Shown here: positions 26,498 to 36,818 of the stretch, piece after piece
Layout: every line of letters starts with the position of its first letter
Position numbering within the stretch: position 1 is the stretch's first letter
NCBI GenBank assembly: GCA_032128875.1
Contig: JAVLKG010000003.1
Span: forward strand, 984,974-1,048,973
Reading direction: 5' to 3'
DNA length: 64,000 nt
Source of the DNA: Candidatus Melainabacteria bacterium 17Bon1m
GTDB taxonomy: Bacteria; Cyanobacteriota; Vampirovibrionia; Obscuribacterales; Obscuribacteraceae
Program-made: the position numbers and the translations under genes
The notes under the pieces: model-generated
Seen by the model: only the letters and a program-made list of their open reading frames with translations
Databases searched by the model: none
What the model was told of the DNA's origin: nothing

Positions 26498-27095
26498 TCA
26501 AGATTCAGTTATGAAAGCGCCTGCAGAATTGCAGGAAGCGCGCATGGTCAAGCTCGAAGAAGAGCTATCAAAAATCAGCCGAAGTCTTCAGACCTTGATG
26601 GCAGCCGAATATCCGGAAGGCGAAAATGTCGAACTCCAATTGGTTCACCTTGGCGATGTATATCTTTCGGATGAAAACAACTGCGCGGTTCACGCTGGAT
26701 TCAACGGCAGACTAAGCGGCTGGCTTTTATATTCAGAAGATATCGAAGATTTGACCGAACTGGTTGAATTCGTTTCAAGTCAATACTTTGAGAAGCAGCA
26801 TTTTCACAAGATTGAAGCTGAACCATTGAGCAGTAATGGACAGGTGATTGTTGCTCTTGAATCGGCTGGATTTACAAAAGTCGGCATCAGAAAAATGAAT
26901 AGATTGATTGGCAATCGCTGGGTGGATACGCTCCTAATGGAGAAATTGAATCCGGCTCTAACTGAATCGCCGGTCGAAACAATCGAAATTAAGAAACAGG
27001 ATGAAGGGGAGCTTCCGGTTCTAAACGAACAAGGAGAGGAAGCTAAATGTTCGGAACTGCCCCAGGCCCCCAGGTCAGTAACAACCCTTACCTAA
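26478..27095 (+). CDS. GNAT (RimJ/RimL-like) acetyltransferase-like protein
   Basis: HKIEAEPLSSN...LESAGFTKVGIRK...WVDTLLMEKL. Confidence 0.7.
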   Translation: MKVQKYSQDSVMKAPAELQEARMVKLEEELSKISRSLQTLMAAEYPEGENVELQLVHLGDVYLSDENNCAVHAGFNGRLSGWLLYSEDIEDLTELVEFVSSQYFEKQHFHKIEAEPLSSNGQVIVALESAGFTKVGIRKMNRLIGNRWVDTLLMEKLNPALTESPVETIEIKKQDEGELPVLNEQGEEAKCSELPQAPRSVTTLT

Positions 27096-27700
27096 ACCAA
27101 CAGCAAAGATACATGATGATGTTGCTGGGTGACTCGATGTTGCCTAGCAACCTTCAATTAAGACCCAATCTTGGACAGGCGGAAGCTGCCCGGGCGCGAT
27201 CTGACGTGATGCGCTCGACGGTTAATCCTCAAGTCGCTGATTTAACGGTCAAATTCGGCGCCAATGGTATGGGGAATAGCACGTTTGCCGCGGCTAGAAG
27301 CGCAGCGCTGCAAGCTGAAGGCGCGCGCATGGCTGAAGATGCAGCGCAAGACGCGATGGATCGCGCATACAACAGAACGATGGCTGCCAGAAGTAGCTAT
27401 TTCAACGGTGAAGGCGGACTGGCAAGCGGAACTACTGAAGGCGCTTTGGCGGAAGAGGAAAGGCAGCGCCAGGAACGTGAGCGCAGAATGGAGCGCTACG
27501 GGCAATTTGGGCAAGCCGGTTTAGGTTTGCTCCAGGCAGGATTCCGACCAACCTACAATCAGCCTTATCCCGGTGGCCCTGTTGCTCAGGGTCCAAGTAT
27601 CTTTTCACAATTTGGATCTGGTGTTTCCCAATCTCCGTTAGGAGCGCTGGGCCGTTTCGGTGCTGGCGTTATTAACGGAATGTTCGGGAGCCGATTCTAA
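27047..27700 (+). CDS. Putative internal virion/ejection protein
   Basis: G/A/Q-rich, GANGMGNST motif, C-terminal Gly-rich amphipathic segment. Confidence 0.55.
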   Translation: MFGTAPGPQVSNNPYLNQQQRYMMMLLGDSMLPSNLQLRPNLGQAEAARARSDVMRSTVNPQVADLTVKFGANGMGNSTFAAARSAALQAEGARMAEDAAQDAMDRAYNRTMAARSSYFNGEGGLASGTTEGALAEEERQRQERERRMERYGQFGQAGLGLLQAGFRPTYNQPYPGGPVAQGPSIFSQFGSGVSQSPLGALGRFGAGVINGMFGSRF

Positions 27701-28821
27701 TGTTTGGCGGTGGATTCGGAACAGCGCCCGGTGGGCGCCCTCTCGGCTCATATCAATTTGGCGCAAGCGGTGTAACCGGTGGCGGTTACATCAATTGGCT
27801 TGATGGGTCGAATTCGCTAGTTGATTTGTATCGCCAGAAAGTAGCGGCTAGCGAACAGGCTTGGCGTGATGGCAAGATCACTAATCCTAATGAGATGCAA
27901 TCGCTCAGAGATTCTTTGAAGCGATGGGAAGATATTCAATCAAATCGCGGCGTCACTCCGCAAATCTTCGCACTGCCGGAATACAGTACGGATAACTTCT
28001 TTACTGAAGCCAATGAAGCTTCGCGCCTTCCTGGTATGGGCGGGCAGGTTAGAGCGGATGCAGTTGAAGCAACCCTTCCTGAAAGTCTTCGTGGTCAGAA
28101 TCGAGGTCAATTGATGCGACCTTGGACAGCGACCGGATTGGTCGACAGTAATTTTGGCAGCGGGTCGGAAGGAAATTATGTAGCCGGCGGCATCGCCAGG
28201 AATATGTCTACGACCGCGCCAACCGATCCAAACCGGGTGAGCGCTTTCGGTGGAGCTTATAACGGTGGCGATTTACGATCTGCTAGCCAGTTTGGAAGCT
28301 ATCAATCTCCGCTTCTGCGCGGTGGTGATGCTCATGGCGCAGTCGCGCGCGTGACACCAAATTGGGGCGGAAGCACAACCAATCCATTTCAGAACCAAAG
28401 CGGAAATCTTTCAAATCCTTCCCCGCTGTGGGATCAGCCGCGCGACTCTGGACCGCGATTTGACGACAATGGAAGATCTTCGCGTCCTGGCGGTGGTTAT
28501 ATTCAAAACACACCAAACGGACCATATGAAGTTGATAGATTCGGTAATCGTTTATCGTCCGGAATGCAATCAAGCACATTTGGCGCTATGGCGATGCCTT
28601 ATGGTGGTCCTTCGACTGTTGATTACAGGAAGCAGCCTGATTTTAGTCCGCGATATATGGGACCGTACAGCCAAGCTTATTACAACAATGCGATGAATTC
28701 AGCCGCAATCTATGGCGGTTTGCTTGGCAGCGGTAACGGATATTCAGCCAGTCCGAGCGCCTACTATCAGCCCGGACAGGGCATTTTCAACAATGACTTC
28801 AATCGAAGAGGCGGATTCTAA
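27700..28821 (+). CDS. Putative internal virion/ejection protein (low complexity)
   Basis: G/S/N/Y-rich 373 aa, TAATG-coupled. Confidence 0.5.
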   Translation: MFGGGFGTAPGGRPLGSYQFGASGVTGGGYINWLDGSNSLVDLYRQKVAASEQAWRDGKITNPNEMQSLRDSLKRWEDIQSNRGVTPQIFALPEYSTDNFFTEANEASRLPGMGGQVRADAVEATLPESLRGQNRGQLMRPWTATGLVDSNFGSGSEGNYVAGGIARNMSTTAPTDPNRVSAFGGAYNGGDLRSASQFGSYQSPLLRGGDAHGAVARVTPNWGGSTTNPFQNQSGNLSNPSPLWDQPRDSGPRFDDNGRSSRPGGGYIQNTPNGPYEVDRFGNRLSSGMQSSTFGAMAMPYGGPSTVDYRKQPDFSPRYMGPYSQAYYNNAMNSAAIYGGLLGSGNGYSASPSAYYQPGQGIFNNDFNRRGGF

Positions 28822-30545
28822 TGTACTCAACTAGATCGAATGCAAGCCCTCTTAAACCAATGGATTTCTTCGCGCCGCCGCTGATTCCAAAGGTTGATCA
28901 ATATCGACCAGAGCCAAAGACTTTGGGATTTGGAACTCTGCCAAGTCCTAAGCCAATGCCTGTTGGAATTTCTGATCAGATTTACGGACTGCCAATTGGT
29001 ACCAATGGAAACTATGAACGCCAGTATTCGACGGCTGATGAACTTCTAGGAAGAGAACCAATCTTGGAGCCTCCGCCTAGACCAGCGGGAATGCATTCAG
29101 CCTGGCAAGAAGGGCCCGATCCTTCTTACATGCCTTCGCGCGGACGCGGGCAAGTGCCGGCAGGCTATGACAAAGAAGCCTGGCTTGAACAAGGTTTACT
29201 GGTTCCAATTGAAGAAGTTCAAAGACAACAACAAGAGCTTTTGAGGCAGAAACAAGAAGGAGCCAATAGAACGGCAGCGATGCAAGGCGCTCCAATGGGC
29301 GCCGATGACGGAAGCTTGGTAAATCTTGATGATTTCCAGGTTCCGCAACGTCAGCCATTCATGCCGGATCCGAATGATCCAATTGCAAGATTTGGTCAGC
29401 CGCCTGTGCCGGCGCCTGGAAATCCGTACATCAACGGCGGTCAAATGCCCTATCCAGGCGGTATGTCCGGTCCGCACATGCAAGGTCGGATGCAAAACAT
29501 CCTTGATGAAATGTTGACTCGCCAACAATACGGCCGTCAATACAATGACATGCAACTGCAGCGCGATCAGTACGATGACGGCTGGGACAGAGCCCGCGCG
29601 GATATCCTCAATCCTCTCATGGGTGGCTTGATGGGTGGTCGCGGCATGGCAGCGATGACCGCTGATTCAAACAATCGCAGAAATCAAATCATGGATCGCC
29701 GGCAGTTGAGACGCCAGTCGATGACAGATCAGTGGGGACAAACCAAAGATCTGATCAGCATGATTGCAGCTAATGATCCGCAAACGATCAAGAATCAGAA
29801 CATGCTGGCGAAAACCCAGAATGACTATATGCAGAAGATCATCAATCAGCAAAATGCGAACACGAATCAATTCAGTTCGCAAAGTAACGCACAGTACAAA
29901 TCCCGTATGGCTACAGTAGCCGAAAGCAAGGCCGCCACCGCTGCCAGCAACCTTCAACGATTGATCAGCGAAGGCGCTGACAGAAGCCAACGTGGCTGGG
30001 CAATGATCGAATCAAATCGTTCTAAATGGGAATCTTCGCTGGAAATGCGCGGAATGGAACTTGAGCAACGCAAGGCGCAAGCCGCTGCCTCAAACGATAT
30101 CCGAATGATGGCATTGATCCAAAAAGATGAAGCCGATTTGGCAAAAGAGCAGATCGCATATGACAAGATGAGCGCAGATCTTGAATCGAAAGCGGCTGAG
30201 GTAGACAAGAATGGAGCGCCAAAGCGAAGCGCTGAATTCGTTGATAAATACGGAACTAAGGCAGCGCCTGGTAAAGAACCAGCGCCACAGCAGAATCAAG
30301 CCGCGGATATCATCAACGCGCTTGGAGGATTTTTCCAGAGAGTCGCAGGAGGAAACCAACAGAGTGGCACAACAGCGCCAGCTCCGAAGCCGGTTCCTGG
30401 AAAACAACCAACTAAGCCAGCCGCTCAATCAGCCGGATCCAAACCAATCACGCCGGATGTAGTCCGTATGTTGAAAGCGAAATTTCCAAACGATATGAAA
30501 GCCGCTATGGCGGAAGCTAGGCGCCTTGGATATAGGATCGATTAA
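28821..30545 (+). CDS. Putative internal virion/ejection protein
   Basis: P/Q/M-rich, coiled coil, short C-terminal helical domain ending ARRLGYRID. Confidence 0.55.
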   Translation: MYSTRSNASPLKPMDFFAPPLIPKVDQYRPEPKTLGFGTLPSPKPMPVGISDQIYGLPIGTNGNYERQYSTADELLGREPILEPPPRPAGMHSAWQEGPDPSYMPSRGRGQVPAGYDKEAWLEQGLLVPIEEVQRQQQELLRQKQEGANRTAAMQGAPMGADDGSLVNLDDFQVPQRQPFMPDPNDPIARFGQPPVPAPGNPYINGGQMPYPGGMSGPHMQGRMQNILDEMLTRQQYGRQYNDMQLQRDQYDDGWDRARADILNPLMGGLMGGRGMAAMTADSNNRRNQIMDRRQLRRQSMTDQWGQTKDLISMIAANDPQTIKNQNMLAKTQNDYMQKIINQQNANTNQFSSQSNAQYKSRMATVAESKAATAASNLQRLISEGADRSQRGWAMIESNRSKWESSLEMRGMELEQRKAQAAASNDIRMMALIQKDEADLAKEQIAYDKMSADLESKAAEVDKNGAPKRSAEFVDKYGTKAAPGKEPAPQQNQAADIINALGGFFQRVAGGNQQSGTTAPAPKPVPGKQPTKPAAQSAGSKPITPDVVRMLKAKFPNDMKAAMAEARRLGYRID

Positions 30546-33500
30546 TGCCCTCATTCTCTCAACTCTGGAATCAATCAGAAGACAAGCCGACCAATTCCAA
30601 TTTTGAATCACTTTGGAATCAATCGGAACAACCAGTGGCGCCACCAGCGCCGCCGGATCCTATTCGAATGTTGGCAGGACAGGCGACGCAAGGCGCCGCC
30701 GATCTGCTTGGAGGATTCACCGGGTTTCTGAATGATCACGGGGTTAATACTGAGGCATTTTTCAAACCAGCCCGAACTGCAGCAAGAACACAGAAAGCAT
30801 TGAGCGGCAAGGCTAAAATCTACGCCGCCGAAGCGGGCTTGGCTGACCTTGGCGACGCTGTAATTAATACCCCGGCTGGATTAGTCCAACAGGGATTGGG
30901 AATCGATCCAGCGAAGCGCTGGCGGTCTGATATGGCTGGATTTATTGAAAACTTCCCAGCCGCTAGAGAAGCTAAAGAAATTCTTCCCGAAGCCTTCAAT
31001 TCTTACAAAACGACGGCCGGATTCTTGGCTCCGCTGCCTGGCGGTGGCGTAGCTAAAACCGTTGGCATGGCCGGGAAATATCTCCCGGCTGCCGCCAAAT
31101 GGTCTAAGGCGGTTCAAGCCGGAAGCAAAGGAGCGCAGATCGCGGATCTCGCCGCCACTGGTGGCGCTATTGGTGGCGTCATGTCTGTCGGTTCTCAAGT
31201 CAAAGAGAATCGAAATATCGATCCAATTGAAACTTTAGCTTCTGCCGGATTAGGCGCAGCTCTTGGCGGTGGACTTGGCGCCGCGGCTCATGGCGCGGGC
31301 GCTGCATTTGAGAAGCTATGGAACAAGGTTCCAAGAAAACAAACGCCGGCGGCACAGGTTAATCAAGAGGTTTCCGGTCAAATCCTTCCGCGTGAAGGAC
31401 CGATGAACGCCAATGAAATGGAAAACATTGGCATGATCGATCGTGCAGCCCTTGATCCTGAAGATGTGGCGGCGCTTGATCAACTCCAAGGGAAAGCGGC
31501 TGAACCAGCCGTAGTACCAGAAGTTTTACCAACTGAAAAGCCGCGCGTATCAATGCCGCTGAATAAAGCTCAAGAAGGATTGGTTCCTGTTGAGCCGCCT
31601 ATGGATTTCACGCCGCCCGGCAAGCCAAAAGTGGCTATGCCTCTAGAGGATGCAATGGCAGGCGTTCAAGGCGAGCGCCGCGGAATCCTGCAAGTCGACG
31701 AAAACGGCAAACAGATTCTTGGTCGTGATCGGGTCGGCATGGCTCCGGGAATTGAGACATTCTCTGACAATGTTTTACCGCCCGAGCTTCGCGCGCTCAA
31801 GATGGAATATGCCAAAGCGAAAGCTGAGAACGCCTATCATTCTGACCAATTGAATCAGATCAATGAAGTCTTGATTGATCGATTCGGAGCTAACGGCGAA
31901 GCCAAGCTAGGACCGTTTAAGCTGACCCGTGTTCCTGGACAGCGTGAACTAAATAAAGCCGGCGAAGACCTTAAGTATCGAGTCAAGGCACAAATCGATC
32001 AAGAATTGCCCGCATATATTGAAACCAACCGCAAGGGTGGTGGAATCAGAGCGACGCTGGATGAAGCTTCGATCAACAAAATGCCAAAGGCTGTTGTTCC
32101 GGAAGGAATCACTGAAGCCGAAGCGATCGCAATGCTTGAAAAATATCATTCACTTTCTCAAGCCGCTGCAGAACGTCAGAAACAAGTCAGAGCGATGTTC
32201 AATGGTGAGAATGGCGAAGACGCGATCTTGTTGGCTCAACAAAGATTGAGAGATGAATTAGGCGATCCCAATGCCAGCCTTCAATCCAATATTCCTGTTC
32301 TCGGTCCTGATGGTCAAGTCTATAACGTATTGGTCGAAGCGCAGAATCCGCGGCAAGAAATGCCACTACTCTGGGAGCAATTCAAGAAAGCCAAGAAAGA
32401 AGAAATTGGTCCTCGCGGCGGAAAGAACAAAGTCCCGCAAACTGAAGAGGAATTCTTTGGCGACTATGCGGAGAAGATGGGAATCGACACGCCATATAAA
32501 GCATTGGCTGATCAAGCCCGCGCGGGATTCCAACGCCTTCAGGATGAAATCGCTCAGGCGCTAGCCAAGCCGCAAACTAGCCGAATGGCATCCGACAAAA
32601 TTAAGATTGCTAGAACTGCTCAGCTTGTCGGTGGTCTGGCTGGATTCGGCGCGATGTCTCTTGATCAAGGAGCGCAGGCCGCCGGCGTAACTGATAATCG
32701 AGGTAACCCGATCATTGGATCTGGAACGCTTGTTGGCGGAGCCCTCATCATGGCAAGCTTGGCACATAGATTTGGACCGCAAGCGATCAGGAATTTTGCT
32801 AAATGGTCAGGCGCTCATGCAGCTTCGATCTACAAAGACACACTTGATCATATCGATCAGCTTGATAAAGTCATGGCAACGATCAATCCGTCAACCCTGT
32901 CGCCTGCAGCCCAAAAGGTGTTAAGCAAAGGAAACAAGCTCAACGGCAAGACCTTGGCTCGAAATATCTGGGAGCACAACGCCGCGGCTGTCATGTCGAA
33001 TTGGGGTGTTGATTGGTCGAAGAGCGCTAAAGGCGCTAAATGGGATGGTCAAGTTACCAAAGCTAGATCTCTGGCATTGTTGAGATCCAGGCAGGTCACC
33101 AGCGCTGAAGCGCTCCGCGGTAAAGCGGGAACGCTATTCGAAGACATGACGCAGCAACAAAGAGATGCCGCGGTTGGTTACTTCCTGAATCAGAAGACCC
33201 TTTCACAGAAAGTAAATCGCTTTGAAGCTGAGATGAAAGCCGCTGGAATTGCGCAATTGGCACAGGTTGATCCGAATGTCAAAAATGCTCTGGCCGCATT
33301 CAGTTATCTGAAAGATGCAGTAGCCCCAACCAGCCGCGCCTTCGAAGATGGCTTGGTTGATGCTTATCACAAAGGTCTATCCAATGCGATGGACTTCTAT
33401 TTCTTCATGAATCCTAAACACCATCTATTGAACCTGACTGATAGCTTCATTGGTGGCGGTGGAAGAGTGGGAGCCACGCGGATTGCCCGCGCCTGGCAAT

Positions 33501-34702
33501 GGTTGGCCGCCGACAAAGATATTCAGAAAGTATTCGCTGATTCAAATATTGTTGGATCATGGCGAGCGGAACAAACAAATCTGGCAGCCAAGAACGCGAC
33601 CAGTAAAGCTCTATTCGAACATGATTTTCCATCTGATCGAGTCAATGCCAATCGCGTCGCTCTTGGATCGCTGATTCAATATGCGGAAGATAACGCCGCC
33701 AGAATGAATCAAGCTGGATTCAAAGGCGATTCAAAGCAGTTTGTTAAGGAGCTATTCCAGGGGAATCTAGATCCTAGTTTGTCGATGGACGCAGGCGTTC
33801 ACATGGTTGAAACCCTGAGCCGGACTCTTGGAGTAGATCCATATCGAGTCAATACCGATTGGTTAAGCCGTCAAAAATTCTCAAGCTCATTGGGTGTTTT
33901 CGTCAAACAGCCGGCCAGAATTTCGCGCCTTGCGTTTACGTACGCAAAAAATGGTGAGTATGGAAAGCTGGCAACAATGCTTGGAATGATGGCTTTCTTT
34001 GGCGGCTCCGCCGTTCTTCCAATCGAACTTAAGAAGGTTTGGGAAAACGTTGATCCAAACAGCTACTTCCAAGTTGCTGGAGCGCTTGATCGATACAATC
34101 CATATTCAATGATTAGTGGTCAGAACGCCAGCAAAAAGCTGCAATGGGGAGTTAACCCGATTGGCATGACGACAACCAACCCCGCATGGACAACAGCGTA
34201 TGGCATGGCTGAAGATGTCGCTGAACTATACGGCGCATACACCAAACTGGCTGCTGTTCCTGGTGGTGTTTTTGAAGGGATGACCAGTCCACGAACCCAA
34301 GGCGAGCGCTCACAGATCGCCAGCAAGCTTCAAAAGTTCATCGGTGGTTTGACTCAAATTGTTTTGAATCGATTGCCAGGCAATATTCCAACCGGTGAAA
34401 CCACTCGCCTATGGAAGCAGCTCACGCCGGCGGTAACCGGTCAGACTGATATCACCTATTATCGAGACGGCGAGAATCGCCCATATCATCCGAAAGAAGA
34501 AGGCGTTCCGCTCAATAGACTTGGAATGAATAATTTCAATCCGGTATTAAATGCGGTACTACCTGGTGAGATGTCTGGCGTATATCAAAATCAAAATGGT
34601 GTCCTTGAACAGAAGGTCAGACAAGATCGCCGCCAGCGTGTACCAGCCGACCAATTGGGCTATCACGATCCTCTGATGCGGCAGCTTGCAACGCGTCGAT
34701 AA
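30545..34702 (+). CDS. Largest internal virion/ejection protein
   Basis: 1385 aa; N-terminal repeats FSQLWNQSE/FESLWNQSE; Gly/Ala-rich membrane-like segments typical of podovirus DNA-transfer proteins. Confidence 0.65.
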   Translation: MPSFSQLWNQSEDKPTNSNFESLWNQSEQPVAPPAPPDPIRMLAGQATQGAADLLGGFTGFLNDHGVNTEAFFKPARTAARTQKALSGKAKIYAAEAGLADLGDAVINTPAGLVQQGLGIDPAKRWRSDMAGFIENFPAAREAKEILPEAFNSYKTTAGFLAPLPGGGVAKTVGMAGKYLPAAAKWSKAVQAGSKGAQIADLAATGGAIGGVMSVGSQVKENRNIDPIETLASAGLGAALGGGLGAAAHGAGAAFEKLWNKVPRKQTPAAQVNQEVSGQILPREGPMNANEMENIGMIDRAALDPEDVAALDQLQGKAAEPAVVPEVLPTEKPRVSMPLNKAQEGLVPVEPPMDFTPPGKPKVAMPLEDAMAGVQGERRGILQVDENGKQILGRDRVGMAPGIETFSDNVLPPELRALKMEYAKAKAENAYHSDQLNQINEVLIDRFGANGEAKLGPFKLTRVPGQRELNKAGEDLKYRVKAQIDQELPAYIETNRKGGGIRATLDEASINKMPKAVVPEGITEAEAIAMLEKYHSLSQAAAERQKQVRAMFNGENGEDAILLAQQRLRDELGDPNASLQSNIPVLGPDGQVYNVLVEAQNPRQEMPLLWEQFKKAKKEEIGPRGGKNKVPQTEEEFFGDYAEKMGIDTPYKALADQARAGFQRLQDEIAQALAKPQTSRMASDKIKIARTAQLVGGLAGFGAMSLDQGAQAAGVTDNRGNPIIGSGTLVGGALIMASLAHRFGPQAIRNFAKWSGAHAASIYKDTLDHIDQLDKVMATINPSTLSPAAQKVLSKGNKLNGKTLARNIWEHNAAAVMSNWGVDWSKSAKGAKWDGQVTKARSLALLRSRQVTSAEALRGKAGTLFEDMTQQQRDAAVGYFLNQKTLSQKVNRFEAEMKAAGIAQLAQVDPNVKNALAAFSYLKDAVAPTSRAFEDGLVDAYHKGLSNAMDFYFFMNPKHHLLNLTDSFIGGGGRVGATRIARAWQWLAADKDIQKVFADSNIVGSWRAEQTNLAAKNATSKALFEHDFPSDRVNANRVALGSLIQYAEDNAARMNQAGFKGDSKQFVKELFQGNLDPSLSMDAGVHMVETLSRTLGVDPYRVNTDWLSRQKFSSSLGVFVKQPARISRLAFTYAKNGEYGKLATMLGMMAFFGGSAVLPIELKKVWENVDPNSYFQVAGALDRYNPYSMISGQNASKKLQWGVNPIGMTTTNPAWTTAYGMAEDVAELYGAYTKLAAVPGGVFEGMTSPRTQGERSQIASKLQKFIGGLTQIVLNRLPGNIPTGETTRLWKQLTPAVTGQTDITYYRDGENRPYHPKEEGVPLNRLGMNNFNPVLNAVLPGEMSGVYQNQNGVLEQKVRQDRRQRVPADQLGYHDPLMRQLATRR

Positions 34703-34759
34703 TTGCTTGGCTCAATTGCCTAAGCGAAGCTAGGAAATATTTCCAGGGGATCTATTTCC

Positions 34760-35158
34760 ATGCCCAAAGGCAAATCAAATGAAATCAAAGAAGAAGGCGC
34801 CGAAACAAGCGCCGATGCAAATCGACCCAATAGCCAAGAAAATGTCAAACAAGGCAATGTTCGGGATGAAGCCGAAGGCGGGCAAGAAAGCCTGTCGCTA
34901 GTTGGCGCTGAAATCAAACCGCGCAAGGGGATGACGGTTTATTTCATTAGGGGTAGAGAAGTCAGCCCAGCCCTCGTTTTGAATGTCGTGAAGGATCAGG
35001 TCATTGATCTGAACTATCAGAGCATTCATACGCCAGGACGCTGTGTGACGATGCTCAAAGTTGAAAAAGGATTGAAAGCTGGTCAGTGGTGGCCTGACCT
35101 CGACGAGTCAGAGGCCGCGCTAAAACTTGAATTCTCCAAATGCTTCGCTGTCTCCTGA
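34760..35158 (+). CDS. Hypothetical phage protein
   Basis: PRKGMTVYF...PALVLNV small beta domain. Confidence 0.55.
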   Translation: MPKGKSNEIKEEGAETSADANRPNSQENVKQGNVRDEAEGGQESLSLVGAEIKPRKGMTVYFIRGREVSPALVLNVVKDQVIDLNYQSIHTPGRCVTMLKVEKGLKAGQWWPDLDESEAALKLEFSKCFAVS

Positions 35159-36818
35159 GCAGATTCTAGAAATGGTGGCTCAAGAAGCCGCCGTTGAAGC
35201 AATCCAATGGGAACAGAATAGACAAGATAGAGCAATCAAAGACCGGGCAGAACTAACTGTTCGCTGTGCTTATTCGCTGGAAGAGCGCGCCGCGGAGCTC
35301 GTACTTTGCCGCGAAGATATTTTTCACTGGTTAGATAACTGGTGTTGGATTGAAGAGCCGCGCGCCGATGTCCAAGAAATCCCATTCTTAAGATACGACT
35401 TCCAGACCGAATTCATTCAATGGGTGGTTGATAACGTCGCTGAAACTCTCGGCACGATCAAGAAGAAAACCCTATTGATTGAGAAATCCCGGGACATGGG
35501 GGTTAGCTGGACGTTAATCGCCGTCGCTGTCTGGTACTGGCTATTCCACAACAGATCATCTCTATTTGGATCAAGAAAAGCTGAATTAGCCGACAAATTG
35601 GGCGACATGAAAACCTTGCTGGAAAAAGCAAGATTCATCATCCGCCGACTTCCTGAATGGATGTGGCCGATCGGATTTGACCAGAAAGAAGATATGGGTC
35701 ACAACCTGATCAAGAACCCCAACGGTGGCGCGATTACCGCTGAAGCCAGTTGCGTCGACTTCGGACGGGGGGACAGAAAACTTTTCATTGTCCTGGACGA
35801 ATTTGCCAGTTGGCCGTATGACGACGCTGCAGCAAAATCAGCCGGCGGATCTTCATCTGTCCTGATTTTCGTATCAACTCCGAAAGGACCATATAACAAG
35901 TTCGCCCGGATGGCTCGAGGCGAAGACGACGTTACACCACTGATCAAAACACTGCATTGGACGCAGCACCCGATCAAAGCGGCTGGAATGTCGATGGATC
36001 ACGCAGGTAAACCGACTAGCCCTTGGTACCGCGAGCAGTGCAATTCAGGAACATTCTCAGCCGATGACATCGCTTCAGAATTCGATCTGAACTATGCGCA
36101 TTCGACCAAAGGACTTGTATTCCCGGACTATGTAGCCAATTGGCACAGAATGAAACTAATTCCGGATGAAAGATCCCCGATCATTCGGGTTTGGGATCCT
36201 GGAGTTAAGACATTCTATGTTCTCTTTTGCCAGGTCGATAAAGACCGCCGGATTCTTTGCCTTGATGAAGTCTGCATTACAGACGCCAATCTACACGATG
36301 TAGCGCAAGAAGTTTTGAGAGTCAGCAATGAACGCTTCAGGCGTTTCAATTTCCTGGACTGTGGCGACCCTGCTGGATCCAGAATCACTAACTCGCTGCA
36401 AGAATCGCCCGAGTTTGAAACGCTACGTGATGAATATGACATTGATATTGATGTGTCATTCATGGACGGAATGCGATCTGATTTGAAGGTCAAATCAAGA
36501 ATCACAGCGATTCACAACAAGCTCAGAGAGCTGAACGCCAGAACCAATACACCCGGTTTATTGATTGACCATGAGCGATGCCCCACGCTTGATAGGGCAA
36601 TGCTCGAAGGCTACCGATACAAGGTAGACAAGCACACGAAACGTGTTTCGGAAATTGTCGATGAAGAACACCCTTGGGAAGATGCGGTTGACTGTCTTGG
36701 TATGGGAATCCTATACAAACTCGGTCTTGGTACCAACAAACAAGGTAGCAAGAAAGTTGAGATTGAGAAGAATGTCATTCGTTGGCCCGGTCAAATGAGG
36801 CGCCAAAGAATTGTTTGA
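35127..36818 (+). CDS. terL: Terminase large subunit
   Basis: Walker A EKSRDMGVSW, Walker B IVLDEFA, VSTPKG, nuclease WDPG, CGDPAG, HPWEDAVDC. Confidence 0.92.
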   Translation: MNSPNASLSPEQILEMVAQEAAVEAIQWEQNRQDRAIKDRAELTVRCAYSLEERAAELVLCREDIFHWLDNWCWIEEPRADVQEIPFLRYDFQTEFIQWVVDNVAETLGTIKKKTLLIEKSRDMGVSWTLIAVAVWYWLFHNRSSLFGSRKAELADKLGDMKTLLEKARFIIRRLPEWMWPIGFDQKEDMGHNLIKNPNGGAITAEASCVDFGRGDRKLFIVLDEFASWPYDDAAAKSAGGSSSVLIFVSTPKGPYNKFARMARGEDDVTPLIKTLHWTQHPIKAAGMSMDHAGKPTSPWYREQCNSGTFSADDIASEFDLNYAHSTKGLVFPDYVANWHRMKLIPDERSPIIRVWDPGVKTFYVLFCQVDKDRRILCLDEVCITDANLHDVAQEVLRVSNERFRRFNFLDCGDPAGSRITNSLQESPEFETLRDEYDIDIDVSFMDGMRSDLKVKSRITAIHNKLRELNARTNTPGLLIDHERCPTLDRAMLEGYRYKVDKHTKRVSEIVDEEHPWEDAVDCLGMGILYKLGLGTNKQGSKKVEIEKNVIRWPGQMRRQRIV

